64,000 bases of DNA from Candidatus Latescibacterota bacterium (GCA_965248435.1 OZ252100.1:3616001-3680000); one strand, 5' to 3'; numbered from the stretch's first letter, positions 20,001 to 28,785 are shown. A program made the numbers and translations. The notes: generated from the letters alone by a model not told the origin.

Positions 20001-21629
20001 GACGCAGATGGGGCCTACCCCGGCGTCCTGATCCGGACCAAGGCCTGGACGCAGCTGGAGGAAGTGGCCTACGACTACGCGAAAACCCACTATGAAGGAA
20101 TCGGAGTGGTGGCCCCTCGGACCTGGCATCAGAACATGGACCGACAGCTGATTCCGCTGGACCTGGATGGGAAGTCTGCCTTTGCGCTGGGTGCGCTGGG
20201 CCTGGCGCCCGAGGAAGCGGAGGTCACCGGGATCGACAAGTATCTGAAGGCAGGGCGCTGGTTTCGGCACGGAGAAAGGGCCTGCATCCTTCCGGATCGG
20301 CTGGCCGACGAATTCGGGGTTACCGCATCGGATCTAGGAACGCGTCAGATCAGGCTCTTCGGGGAACATTTGACGGTCATCGGGCTTATGGACGCGGACA
20401 AGCTTCGCCGGTTCAAGGACCTGGATGGTGAGATGCTGACTCCGCCTGATTTTATGGAGACAGGCCTCGCCAGCCGGCGCCGCGAGGGGCAACTGGAGCA
20501 TCGGGAGAGACAAGGGATCAACCAGCCGGCGGCGGATATCTTCGAGTTCCAGCATCTCGATCCGGACGACGTTTTGATCCTTCCATACGAGTTCATAAGA
20601 GAGGTTGGAAGTCCCCCGCAGTCCCTCGCCATTCGCTTCCATCCCGGAGTAGATATCGAAGCGCAGGTCAAGGCCCTGCTTTCCCGCCTCGCAGTGATCC
20701 TGTTCGCAGGACTCCCCGATGCAGATGGGAGGGTCAATGTGTCGGTCTACAGCTCGTTCGGCGACACCTCCTTCAGGGGACTCGGGAACCTCTTTATCCC
20801 GGTCCTGATCGCAGCCCTCATCGTGTTGAACACGATGATGGGCTCGGTCTACGAACGCTTTCGGGAGATCGGCATCTACTCCGCGGTCGGTCTGGCCCCG
20901 CTGCACATCGCCTTCCTGTTTATCGCCGAGGCGTGTGTCTATGCGGTCTTCGGCACGGTCGGCGGTTACCTCCTGGGGCAGGGGGTCGCCAAGATCATTC
21001 TCTGGCAGGGCTGGCTTACCGGTGTGACGCTCAACTACTCCGCCATGTCCGCTGTGTATGTCTCCGTCCTGGTGATGGCTGTGGTGGTTCTGTCCACGCT
21101 TTACCCGGCTCGGCAGGCCTCAAACATGGCGGTGCCCGACGTGACGCGCCGCTGGACGCTGCCGGATCCGGAGGGCGACCACTGGCGATTCGAGTTTCCC
21201 TTCACGGTCGGGGGCGGCGAGGTCTTCGGCCTCAGCAGGTTCCTGGTTGACTACTTCGAATCCCACAGCGGCGAGTCGACCGGAATGTTCATGTCTGAGG
21301 GCACGACCCTGGAGGCGCGGACGACAGAGAAGGGCGAGGGATGCAGGATCGAGACCACCATCTGGACCGCTCCCTACGACCTGGGGGTCAGCCAGCGAGT
21401 GAGTTTCGATGCATCGCCCACGGGTGAATTCAACATTTACGCCCTCTCACTCGCAATCGACCGTCTCTCCGGGGACGTCACCTCCTGGCAGCGGGTGAAT
21501 CGCGGTTTTATGGGAGCGCTCCGGAAGCAGTTCCTCATCTGGCGGACCCTGAGTCCCGAAGACCGTGCGGGCTACATCCAGAGAGGCGGCGAGATCCAGA
21601 CCGCAGACCACGGACCACGGACTGCATAA
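17064..21629 (+). CDS. Large membrane protein: PA/M28-peptidase-like ectodomain fused to MacB/FtsX-like permease domains
   Basis: N-terminal TM; GSRVPGYSG, NILGTVPG..IIVINAYYD..APGA (M28 fold); ANMKRRRLRTWLTFLTL; LNTMMGSVYERFREIGIYSAVGLAP..FIAEA (FtsX); STLYPARQAS. Confidence 0.85.
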   Translation: MADFLQLLRRIALILLIGLGAVAFLFFGIGPERTSPWLTDLLGLEPPPPLPPAPVHEAGDVSGRVIDAVSEADVRRLMARFTSHGSRVPGYSGHDDAARFILQEFERLGLEGVKTEAFDVTSPVDKGGRLTLTKSGASFSLHSIWPNLVKTSTLPPGGVRARLIYGGDGTWETFNGHDMDGAAVLMEFNSWNRWLNAASLGAGQIIFIEPDSTTRAEGEQKYLISPNGTERFWIDKSSGRELRRLLEKEGEVEVELHARMDWEKTVAHNILGTVPGTDPELKDQIIVINAYYDAMSVVPALAPGAEMACGIVALLELADYLQRHPPARTVLLLASSAHHFSSRGISDFLSRHARKQEDFAALMTDPIDIRLFIALDLSSRTAEIGLWNSAPSHYYKQFFTPIGKSLVRFTRAIAEDFGLDPQRALIDGVNPPPGMTWKIFNPGKLVKTEGLIVMAAGTPALSLVTLNDARLGVDTPLDRPEIVDYANLTGQIRLLTGVIDLALNDPGLITDYELRPEDRVQWLKGYAKTFPRRSIVPDRPKPGAIAAVRLGRSENYSSSKSAKGVRETRYDIADERGAFIIPGIIEKKATASVYVLDSDTGEITHAPNRGVQADIYKPEVDMDWWMTEQISVLFPCVATDFYDIVDPRYLNKLSEVSVYGEDNAAPQEYGYDIGLGATGELRHPESMAVGTLFTRPGEKVKITMRSWAIGLRLVLLNAMGVETEEAARGGGFVTHASGTVPRTAYQAAKDMWMLNESRIRELKRFAIENHRLNVLHAQSADHLEQAESALAQKRWDLFMKHSRAALGFESRAYPDVKATQNGVIRGIIFFMALVIPCAFFAERLIITASDIRWQLTAFAGIFGVIWVFLYFVHPAFELSNPFVVLLAFIILALAAFVISLIFSRFNENMRRLRTSDVLLHETDVGRVSASLAAFQLGIANMKRRRLRTWLTFLTLLLLTFTVLSFTSIKSSLQFHKLQRDADGAYPGVLIRTKAWTQLEEVAYDYAKTHYEGIGVVAPRTWHQNMDRQLIPLDLDGKSAFALGALGLAPEEAEVTGIDKYLKAGRWFRHGERACILPDRLADEFGVTASDLGTRQIRLFGEHLTVIGLMDADKLRRFKDLDGEMLTPPDFMETGLASRRREGQLEHRERQGINQPAADIFEFQHLDPDDVLILPYEFIREVGSPPQSLAIRFHPGVDIEAQVKALLSRLAVILFAGLPDADGRVNVSVYSSFGDTSFRGLGNLFIPVLIAALIVLNTMMGSVYERFREIGIYSAVGLAPLHIAFLFIAEACVYAVFGTVGGYLLGQGVAKIILWQGWLTGVTLNYSAMSAVYVSVLVMAVVVLSTLYPARQASNMAVPDVTRRWTLPDPEGDHWRFEFPFTVGGGEVFGLSRFLVDYFESHSGESTGMFMSEGTTLEARTTEKGEGCRIETTIWTAPYDLGVSQRVSFDASPTGEFNIYALSLAIDRLSGDVTSWQRVNRGFMGALRKQFLIWRTLSPEDRAGYIQRGGEIQTADHGPRTA

Positions 21630-21762
21630 ACCAAGCGACAGAAGGTTCAGGTGTGTCGGTAAGAACAGATAGCGAGAGCCAGGCTAGAGCTGAATCATCC
21701 CGGCTTTAGTCATACGGGAGCAGGCGACAGGCGACGATCCACTGAGCGTTTGGTGAGCGTCC

Positions 21763-21819
21763 AGCGCGGGAATGAATTCCCGCGCTCGTGAAACAGGAAG
21801 TCCGCCCTGCGGCGGACTG
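21763..21819. repeat. Two adjacent palindromes (REP-like or IS200/605-end-like)
   Basis: AGCGCGGGAAT-GA-ATTCCCGCGCT and AGTCCGCC-CTGC-GGCGGACT. Confidence 0.6.
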
Positions 21820-21870
21820 AAGCCAGACCTCTTGCTCCACCTTCTGAGATGCGGATTAGTGGAGGTTCGT

Positions 21871-22563
21871 GTGGGTGAAAGCCAGGCAGAGATCTTTGAG
21901 CGCGATGGATTCCTGGTCGTGAACCGCATTTACGATGCCGAGGAGATGGTCAGTTGGAAGGAAGCCGTCGTCAGGATTATGCGGGAGGAGGGGAGTCTGG
22001 ACAATCTGCCTTCAGGCGTGAGGGTCTGGATGCTCGATGAACTTCACCCCTTCTTCAGAGAACGTATGAAGGACCCGTGCGTTATCGACGTCCTGAGGCG
22101 AGTCGTCGGTCCTGATCTCGAGTTTCTAAGCGTGAAGGCGGTCTACAAGAACCGCAGCACGACGTTCGAGTCGCCGTGGCACCAGGACTGGTATTACTGG
22201 AGAGGTGCCAGCAAGATCTCGATCTGGATCGCCCTGGATGACGCGAACTCCGAGAACGGCTGTCTCAAGATGATCCCCGGCAGCCACAAGAAACGGTTCG
22301 ATGTCCAGAAGGTAAAAGAAACGACCGGTTTCGGATGGCGGGCCGAGAGCGAAGCGCTGGAGGATCTGCCGGTCGTCACGCTGGAAGTCGCGTGTGGCGA
22401 CGCCGTCTTCTTCCACGATCAGATGCTCCACAGCTCTTATCCGAATAGATCGGGGACAGACCGATGGTCTATGATATCGACTTACCGGGATGCCTCCGTC
22501 GCCGACGACTCCACCAGCTGGGATCGTTCCATGTTGGTGAGTGGGCTGTCCGTCAATGGATGA
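21871..22563 (+). CDS. Phytanoyl-CoA dioxygenase (PhyH)-family Fe(II)/2OG oxygenase
   Basis: FERDGFLV, PWHQD, WIALDDANSENGCLKMIPGSH and GDAVFFH...LHSSYPNRS...R motifs; GTG at 21871 follows a GGAGG RBS. Confidence 0.9.
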   Translation: MGESQAEIFERDGFLVVNRIYDAEEMVSWKEAVVRIMREEGSLDNLPSGVRVWMLDELHPFFRERMKDPCVIDVLRRVVGPDLEFLSVKAVYKNRSTTFESPWHQDWYYWRGASKISIWIALDDANSENGCLKMIPGSHKKRFDVQKVKETTGFGWRAESEALEDLPVVTLEVACGDAVFFHDQMLHSSYPNRSGTDRWSMISTYRDASVADDSTSWDRSMLVSGLSVNG

Positions 22564-22570
22564 AGGCGGA

Positions 22571-22720
22571 CCCCTCCCTCGGTCTCCCTCGACCAGGCTC
22601 GGGACAGGCCTCCCCTAAAGGGGAGGGAAGACAGGCGCCATCTAGTTTTACAAAGTCAAACACAGTGATCCTCGCTGCTCCCCCCTTCCCTTTAGGGAAG
22701 GGGGGTGGGGGGGGTTAGGT
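22571..22720. repeat. Inverted pair of C-rich/G-rich palindromic elements, one with a nested insert
   Basis: CCCCTCCCTCGGTC[TCCCTCGACCAGGCTCGGGACAGGCC]TCCCCTAAAGGGGAGGG and CCCCCCTTCCCTTTAGGGAAGGGGGG..GGGGGTTAGG. Confidence 0.75.
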
Positions 22721-22738
22721 CCGAACGATGAGACACAG

Positions 22739-25228
22739 ATGTTAGCGAACCTCTTACGCAGACGCAAATCGGCCCAGTTCCAGGAGATCGAGGAATACCG
22801 GGATCTGCTGGAAACACCCGACAGCTTTGAAGAGGGCTTCAACACCAAGACGATCCTGGGCGCCCTCTTCGTCTCGGTCATCATGGTCCCGGGCAACATC
22901 TACCTGGAGCTGATGATCGGGGGCTCGATCGGGGCGGCCGCGCAATGGGTCACGATCATCCTCTTCCTGGAGCTGTCCAAGCGGTCTTTCACCGTGTTGA
23001 AGCGGCAGGAGCTCTACCTCCTCTACTACGTCACGAGCGCGCTCGTGGCCCGGGAGACCGGCGCCTCCGACGGCATGCTCTGGAACCAGTATTTCGTCCA
23101 GTCTCCCGCGGCCAAACAGTTCGGGATCGCCAAGCTGATCCCCTGGTGGTGGGCCCCACCGCCCGGTTCGGAGGCCCTCGCCGAGCGGACCTTCTTCCAC
23201 CAGGACTGGCTCTGGCCGATCTCGATCATGGTCCTCGGCTTCATCATGGCGCGCATCGCCTGGTTCACCGCCAGCTACGTCCTGTTCCGGCTGACTTCCG
23301 ACTATGAGCGCCTCCCGTTTCCGTTCGCTCCGATCAACGCGCAGACCGCGATGGCCCTGGCCGAGGAGAGCAGCGGGGAGATCACGTGGAAATGGCGCGT
23401 CTTCAGCATCGGGGCGGTCATCGGGGTGGTCTGGGGCGCGATCTATGTGGGGGTCCCCGCGATCACGGGGGCGTTTATGGAGGAACCGGTCCAGATCATC
23501 CCGATCCCGTGGGTCGACTTCACGCAGTACACCGGCAACTTCCTGCCGGCGACGCCCCTCGGGTTCACGCTTCACCTGGGGCCGATCTTTGCCGGTCTGC
23601 TCGCGCCGTTCTGGGCGGTGATGGGGTCGTTTCTCGGTGTCGTGGTCCATTCGATCGCCAGCCCGATCCTGCACCATTACGGCTACATGCCTCACTGGAT
23701 CATGGGCATGGATACGATCCAGACGCACTTTGTGACCGGGATCGACTTCTGGATGTCTTTCGGGATCGGACTCACGTTCGCCATCACCGTCATCGGCCTG
23801 TATCAGGTCTTCACGGGTGTGCGATCTGCGAGGATCGAGAAACAGGAGAAGGGGAGCTGGACGCCTCCGGCCGGACGCGGAGACTTCCGGATCTGGATCT
23901 GCATCATCCTGTTCTGCATCGCCAGCATCTACACGATCGCGCTCGCCAAGGTCCTCTTTCCGGCCCTGATCGGCAGGACCGTGATGATCTTCTTTCTGGT
24001 CTTCGCCTTCGTCTACACGCCGCTCATCTCCTTTGTCAACGCGCGGTTGGACGGACTCGTCGGCCAGCAAACCAACATTCCGTATGTCAAAGAGACCACG
24101 ATCTTCCTCAGCGGCTTCCAGGGGGTCGACATCTGGTTCGTCCCGTTCCCGATGACCACCTACGCAGCCGAAGCCAATAAATTCAGAGAGATCGAACTGA
24201 CCGGGTCGAAGTTCACCGGCATCCTGAAGGCCGAACTCTTCATGGTTCCGCTGATTCTGTTCACCAGTTTTTTCTACTGGTCCTACATCTGGAAGCTGGC
24301 GCCGATCCCCTCGGATGCCTATCCCTACGCCCAGTTGATGTGGCCGCTCCGCGCGCTGCAGCAGAGCGTCTGGTATACGAGCACGATGCGCAGTGAAATC
24401 GTGCCCGACGCCAGGGCGGGAAACATCACCTGGATTCCGGGAAACCTGACCGACGGGGGCTGGTGGTACTGGCGTGCCCGGACACGGGAGGACACAGACT
24501 CGGAGGCGTTCAGGAAGCGATTCGAGGCCTGGATGTCGGGTCCCGAGAAGAAGGATTCGAACAGCGACGGGAAGATCGATGAGGAGGATCTCAGGGCGGT
24601 CGGTCCCTGGTCGCGGGTCGGAACCTTCTATACTAACTTCGAAGGTACAGACCCACCGCCTGACCCGCCACCGTCGGTCCGCGTCGAGCCCTTAACCCGA
24701 AGGATCTCAGAAACCTTGCCGTCCACGCCACCCGCGATTAAACGGCCCGTGGACGGCCACCACGTGGACACGCCCAACCCCAAGCTCATGATCGAAGGGT
24801 TTCTGGGCGCCGAGGGGCAGACCTGGGTCTACGAGTTCGAGGTCGATGAGGTCCCTTCATTCGATGGGGCCTTCCTTCAGAGTTCGGACGACAAGCCGAT
24901 CCTGTTCGAGGCCCTGAAGCCGAAGGTGATCGCGATCGGTTTCGCCGTCGGCCTGTTGACGTTCATCATCCTGTCCGTCTTCGGGCTTCCGATCCTCCTG
25001 ATCTTCGGCTACGTGCGGAGCCTGACCAACATCCCGCACGTGATGATCACCGAAATCATCGGCGCGCTCCTCGCGCGCTACTATTTCCAGAAGAAATACG
25101 GCAGGCAACAGTGGCGCCTCTACGCCGCCGTCCTGCTCGCCGGTTTCTTCGCCGGCATGGCCCTCGTGGGGATGGGCTCTGTCTCGATCGCGATGATACA
25201 GAAATCGGTCTCTGTATTGCTGTTCTGA
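22739..25228 (+). CDS. OPT-superfamily-like putative peptide transporter with a soluble Ig/FN3-like insertion
   Basis: Many TM helices; YRDLLETPDSFEEGF, AAQWVTIILFLE, ERLPFPFAP and WKLAPIPSDAYPYAQ motifs; hydrophilic insert at about 24385-24895. Confidence 0.75.
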   Translation: MLANLLRRRKSAQFQEIEEYRDLLETPDSFEEGFNTKTILGALFVSVIMVPGNIYLELMIGGSIGAAAQWVTIILFLELSKRSFTVLKRQELYLLYYVTSALVARETGASDGMLWNQYFVQSPAAKQFGIAKLIPWWWAPPPGSEALAERTFFHQDWLWPISIMVLGFIMARIAWFTASYVLFRLTSDYERLPFPFAPINAQTAMALAEESSGEITWKWRVFSIGAVIGVVWGAIYVGVPAITGAFMEEPVQIIPIPWVDFTQYTGNFLPATPLGFTLHLGPIFAGLLAPFWAVMGSFLGVVVHSIASPILHHYGYMPHWIMGMDTIQTHFVTGIDFWMSFGIGLTFAITVIGLYQVFTGVRSARIEKQEKGSWTPPAGRGDFRIWICIILFCIASIYTIALAKVLFPALIGRTVMIFFLVFAFVYTPLISFVNARLDGLVGQQTNIPYVKETTIFLSGFQGVDIWFVPFPMTTYAAEANKFREIELTGSKFTGILKAELFMVPLILFTSFFYWSYIWKLAPIPSDAYPYAQLMWPLRALQQSVWYTSTMRSEIVPDARAGNITWIPGNLTDGGWWYWRARTREDTDSEAFRKRFEAWMSGPEKKDSNSDGKIDEEDLRAVGPWSRVGTFYTNFEGTDPPPDPPPSVRVEPLTRRISETLPSTPPAIKRPVDGHHVDTPNPKLMIEGFLGAEGQTWVYEFEVDEVPSFDGAFLQSSDDKPILFEALKPKVIAIGFAVGLLTFIILSVFGLPILLIFGYVRSLTNIPHVMITEIIGALLARYYFQKKYGRQQWRLYAAVLLAGFFAGMALVGMGSVSIAMIQKSVSVLLF

Positions 25229-25371
25229 GCGGCCAACTTGGGGACACGAGGCGATGCGGGTCGATGCATGACATGGAAAATCCCCCCTGCCCCCCTTTAA
25301 AAAATGGGGGAGATTGCTCTTTCTGAGGGAGTACCTATCCAGGAGTAAATTCTTCCCCCTTTTAAAAAGGG

Positions 25372-26677
25372 TGTACAGACTTGGGACATGGTATACACCC
25401 GTTTGGACACATGGCATACACTTCTAAAGTGGTGCATAATAGACCTCCAACAAGGAGGTCTTTATGCCGTGGCCGGAGGTATCCATTGTGTCTTCTCGGT
25501 TGGAGTTCGTCACGTTGGCGATGTCCGATGAGGTCAATATCCGTGTACTCTGCAGGCGGTTCGGGGTCTGTCCGAGTACTGCCTACAAGTGGATCAGACG
25601 CTATGAGCGTGATGGACCTGCGGGATTAGAGGATCAGTCTCGTCGTCCGCATTATAGTCCAAAGCGTACTCCCAAGAACATTGAAAGCCAGATTCTCGTC
25701 GTGCGTGATCAGCACCCGAGCTGGGGTGGACGGAAGATCCAGGATATTCTGCTCAAGAAAGGTATTTCATCGGTTCCTAGCCCCAGCACGATTACCCAGA
25801 TTTTGAGGCGAAACGATCGGCTTGATCCTGCCGAATCGGAAAAGAACAAAACCTGGCGCCGCTTCGAGGAGAAAGTCCCAAACGCCTTATGGCAAATGGA
25901 CTTCAAGGGTCACTTTCCCCTCTGGAAAGGGCGGTGTCACCCGTTAACCGTTCTGGACGATCATTCTCGTTATTCGGTCGGCCTGCAGGCCTGTGGCAAT
26001 GAGCAGGCGCCGACCGTAAAAGAACGCCTCACAGGCGTTTTCGAGAGGTATGAGTTGCCGGATCGGTTCCTGGTGGACAACGCTACACCTTGGGGCGGAA
26101 GAAGCCCGTGGGATCTGACGGGATTAACCATCTGGTTGATCCGGTTAGGCATCGGCGTGATCCACAGCCGACCTTATCATCCTCAGACACTGGGTAAGGA
26201 CGAGCGATTCCACAGAACACTCAACGAGGAAGTGCTTCGACATCGCGCCTGGCTGGATCTGGACCAGTGTCAGCGTGCGTTCGACAAGTGGCGACTCACA
26301 TACAATCTGGAACGGCCTCACGAAGCGCTAGATATGGCGGTGCCCGCAGAGCGATATCGTCCCAGCTCCAGAACCTTCCCAAAACAGCTTCTCCCGCTCG
26401 AATATGCACCTGGAGACCTGGTGAGGAAGGTTCAGGACAAAGGCGAGTTTTCGTTCAAAGGCCGGTTGTTCCAAGTCAGTAGAGCGTTGAGAGGCCATCC
26501 TGTCGCAATGAGAGCCACCAGGATCGACGGAGTGTTCGACGTCTTCTTCTGCCACAAAAAACTATCCACAATCGATCTAAACAGCACCCCAAAGGGGACT
26601 ATGACATCCCTATCCCCCTAGTCAAATGTGTATACCATGTCCCCGAACACCTGTTTACCATGTATCCGGTCTGTACA
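25372..26677 (+). mobile_element. IS481-family insertion sequence
   Basis: TGT...ACA termini; IRs TGTACAGACTTGGGACATGGTATACAC and TGTTTACCATGTATCCGGTCTGTACA, with internal repeated CATGG units; AAGGG 5-bp direct repeat (25367-25371 and 26678-26682). Confidence 0.92.
25464..26621 (+). CDS. IS481-family transposase
   Basis: MPWPEVS..RLEFV, TAYKWIRRY, LWQMDFKG, VLDDHSRY, PYHPQTLGKDERFHRTL and YNLERPHEAL motifs. Confidence 0.95.
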   Translation: MPWPEVSIVSSRLEFVTLAMSDEVNIRVLCRRFGVCPSTAYKWIRRYERDGPAGLEDQSRRPHYSPKRTPKNIESQILVVRDQHPSWGGRKIQDILLKKGISSVPSPSTITQILRRNDRLDPAESEKNKTWRRFEEKVPNALWQMDFKGHFPLWKGRCHPLTVLDDHSRYSVGLQACGNEQAPTVKERLTGVFERYELPDRFLVDNATPWGGRSPWDLTGLTIWLIRLGIGVIHSRPYHPQTLGKDERFHRTLNEEVLRHRAWLDLDQCQRAFDKWRLTYNLERPHEALDMAVPAERYRPSSRTFPKQLLPLEYAPGDLVRKVQDKGEFSFKGRLFQVSRALRGHPVAMRATRIDGVFDVFFCHKKLSTIDLNSTPKGTMTSLSP

Positions 26678-26765
26678 AAGGGGGATTGAGGGGGATTTCA
26701 AGATGCATCACGCTAGGGCCGCCCCAATGGCCTTGAAGGATGCAACTCGCCTGTCAGGGATGGCG

Positions 26766-26806
26766 AAAAACAAGAAGCGGCAGACGCATTCGCGTCTGCC
26801 GCTTCT
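26766..26806 (-). terminator. Rho-independent terminator after the ankyrin lipoprotein gene
   Basis: Perfect stem AGAAGCGGCAGACGC-ATTC-GCGTCTGCCGCTTCT, with TGTTTTT downstream on the minus strand. Confidence 0.8.
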
Positions 26807-26829
26807 GTAAGGTAGATTCTCTCCTGCGC

Positions 26830-27426
26830 CTAACCCTCGGTTGGATTCGCGTGTTCTCCTCCGGCTTCCCTCAACAATCCGGCGATTTCATAGCGGTTCC
26901 ATTTTAATGCTTCGTCCAGGGCCGTAAAACCTTCGGAACTTTTCTGGTTTATGTCCAAAGCAGCGTAATCGGGATTGAGCAGGATGCGGACCAGATCAAT
27001 ATCGTCGAGGTGGATCGCACCGAACAGGGACCTCCAATCCCCCTTGGCCCCGCGCTGGAGCAGGAACTGGACCACTTCGCGACCTTTATCTCCGTATCTG
27101 GGGACCGCCGAGACCGCCCGCAGCACGGTCAGTTCATCAGGCACGGCACCTCTATCCAGGAGCAGCCTGACGACCTCGGGGTTACCGCCAGCGACCGCGA
27201 CCTGCAGGGCGTTATTCGCCACAGCGCCCTGGTCGAGCAGCTGCGTCATCTGTTCCAGGTCGCTATTGATAACGGCGATCAACAACTGGGACGAAAGAGA
27301 CATCTCAGAGACGGAAATGGACTCGTTCGTATCGGTGGTGATGATCCTGCCGCTGTTACCGCAAGCGAGCCCACAGAGGGGCAGAATCCAGAAGGCGGCC
27401 TTCATCGAAACGTCCATGCGGTCCAT
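26830..27426 (-). CDS. Ankyrin-repeat putative lipoprotein
   Basis: Lipobox-like GLAC; ALQVAVAGGNPEVVRLLLDRGA and GFTALDEA...EIAGLLREAG; the start may be a downstream Met (MKAAF). Confidence 0.8.
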   Translation of the reverse strand: MDRMDVSMKAAFWILPLCGLACGNSGRIITTDTNESISVSEMSLSSQLLIAVINSDLEQMTQLLDQGAVANNALQVAVAGGNPEVVRLLLDRGAVPDELTVLRAVSAVPRYGDKGREVVQFLLQRGAKGDWRSLFGAIHLDDIDLVRILLNPDYAALDINQKSSEGFTALDEALKWNRYEIAGLLREAGGEHANPTEG

Positions 27427-27461
27427 CCTACAGATTCTGCCGGGTTCGAGCGTTGTTCGAT

Positions 27462-27490
27462 GAAAACAAAAGAAGGCCCGGGGGGCCTTC
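27462..27490 (-). terminator. Putative terminator after the DUF3179 gene
   Basis: GAAGGCCC/GGGCCTTC stem followed by TTTTGTTTTC on the minus strand. Confidence 0.55.
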
Positions 27491-27517
27491 CCTCTGCGTC
27501 TCTACTCTCGCCTGAAT

Positions 27518-28699
27518 TTACTCAAAGATTTCGGTGTCCTGCCAGAACGTGGCCCATGCAAACCAGAAGGCGTTATGGGCCGGGACCTGAGTCAGACGTT
27601 TGCCCGAAAGCTCCCCCTCGATCGCCCTGCCCATCAGATTCCAGACCGTTCCGGTCTCCCTGTCCTTCATCATAAAGGGATAGACCGGATCGTTTGAAGC
27701 CACCTTGTCGAACGTCAGGATTTGGTTGACCCACCGGGAGTAGGGGATCGCCAACTGTTCGGCGCCGTAATACACCACGACGATGTCTTGTTCACCGACG
27801 CGGTCATTGATCACCGCCTCACTTCCCATGTTTTCGAAGGGGTAAGCCTTGGCCTGCGCCCCGAAACGGACACCGAGGACCATAGATTTGGGTTCGAATC
27901 GCTCCGCGATCGGATTGTCAAACAGTTGTGGGAACGTGGAGAAGATGGGAAGTGTGTCCAGCTCTCTATAACTGCCGTAGGGGTAAATCACGTAATGACT
28001 CAATTTGTAGACACCGTTGGATGCACTGACCACCTTTGTTTTCGGGTGGAGCCGCTTCCAGTAGCCCCACGTCGTCTCTACGACAGGCATAAGCGTCAGG
28101 GGTTCAAAAGAGCCCCTTATTCCCGTGGAGATCATCTGTGGATAAAGCGTGTTGCCATCCCGCCGGTCGTACATGATCAGATTGCTGTTGAACAGCATGC
28201 CGGAGACCCCGGTTGTGATTCGTTGGCGGTCCAAGCTCCGTCCCTCGAAAACCATGCCTGTGCTGGTCAGCGGGCAGAAGGTCACGACGACGGGTTGTCC
28301 GGCCACGGCATCGTTCACGACCTCGTGCCACCATCCGATGTTGTGTGGGTAGGCCTTGGCCTGCCCACTGATCTCCAAACCCATGACCAGATCGGTGTCT
28401 GCGAGGTAGCCGGCTGACTCGTGTCCCGGATCCACGAAAACGGGGTCGGTCAGTGCTGGAATCGCATCCCTGTCGATGATGACCTCGATCTCGTCGAAGG
28501 GGAATGATGAGATGTTCAAGAAGTTCTTCGCTGGACCAAGTGACGTTCCCGTCCCAGTGGTGGGTGCCGCAGCTCCGCCGCTGGTGCCGCCGCCGGTGGA
28601 AGGAGCCGGGCTTCCGGAATTTGTGGCGGAATCCCCGCCGCAGCCGAACAGTCCGAATCCGAAAACCGCAAGAATCACTGTAGAAAAGGTCCGCTTCAT
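27518..28699 (-). CDS. DUF3179-domain lipoprotein
   Basis: MKRT...LFGC lipobox and a Gly/Ser/Thr linker; DAIPALTDPVF, AKAYP, WHEVVND, TFCPLT, GVSGMLFNSNLIMYDR and FWFAWATF motifs. Confidence 0.88.
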   Translation of the reverse strand: MKRTFSTVILAVFGFGLFGCGGDSATNSGSPAPSTGGGTSGGAAAPTTGTGTSLGPAKNFLNISSFPFDEIEVIIDRDAIPALTDPVFVDPGHESAGYLADTDLVMGLEISGQAKAYPHNIGWWHEVVNDAVAGQPVVVTFCPLTSTGMVFEGRSLDRQRITTGVSGMLFNSNLIMYDRRDGNTLYPQMISTGIRGSFEPLTLMPVVETTWGYWKRLHPKTKVVSASNGVYKLSHYVIYPYGSYRELDTLPIFSTFPQLFDNPIAERFEPKSMVLGVRFGAQAKAYPFENMGSEAVINDRVGEQDIVVVYYGAEQLAIPYSRWVNQILTFDKVASNDPVYPFMMKDRETGTVWNLMGRAIEGELSGKRLTQVPAHNAFWFAWATFWQDTEIFE

Positions 28700-28769
28700 C
28701 GTCAGGTCTGCCCTGAGAGATAGATGGTGTAAGCCTTTAAAATATACGTCAATATTAATGAAATAGGCT

Positions 28770-28785
28770 TGCAAGATCTGTGCCT
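28770..28785 (-). promoter_or_regulatory. Putative sigma54 (-24/-12) promoter for the DUF3179 gene
   Basis: Minus strand reads AGGCAC-AGATC-TTGCA against the consensus TGGCAC-N5-TTGCW. Confidence 0.6.

Larger units (their letters stand above)
25278..26709. mobile_element. Second copy of the MITE-like element, interrupted by IS481
   Basis: Removing the IS and one AAGGG copy restores AAATCCCCCCTGCCCCC...TCTTCCCCCTTTTAAAAAGGGGGATTGAGGGGGATTTCAAGATGCATC, homologous to 13415-13590. Confidence 0.65.

Noticed and set aside
27518-28699. Selenoprotein form of DUF3179
   Set aside because: There is no in-frame TGA in the ORF, and the motif reads CPLT.
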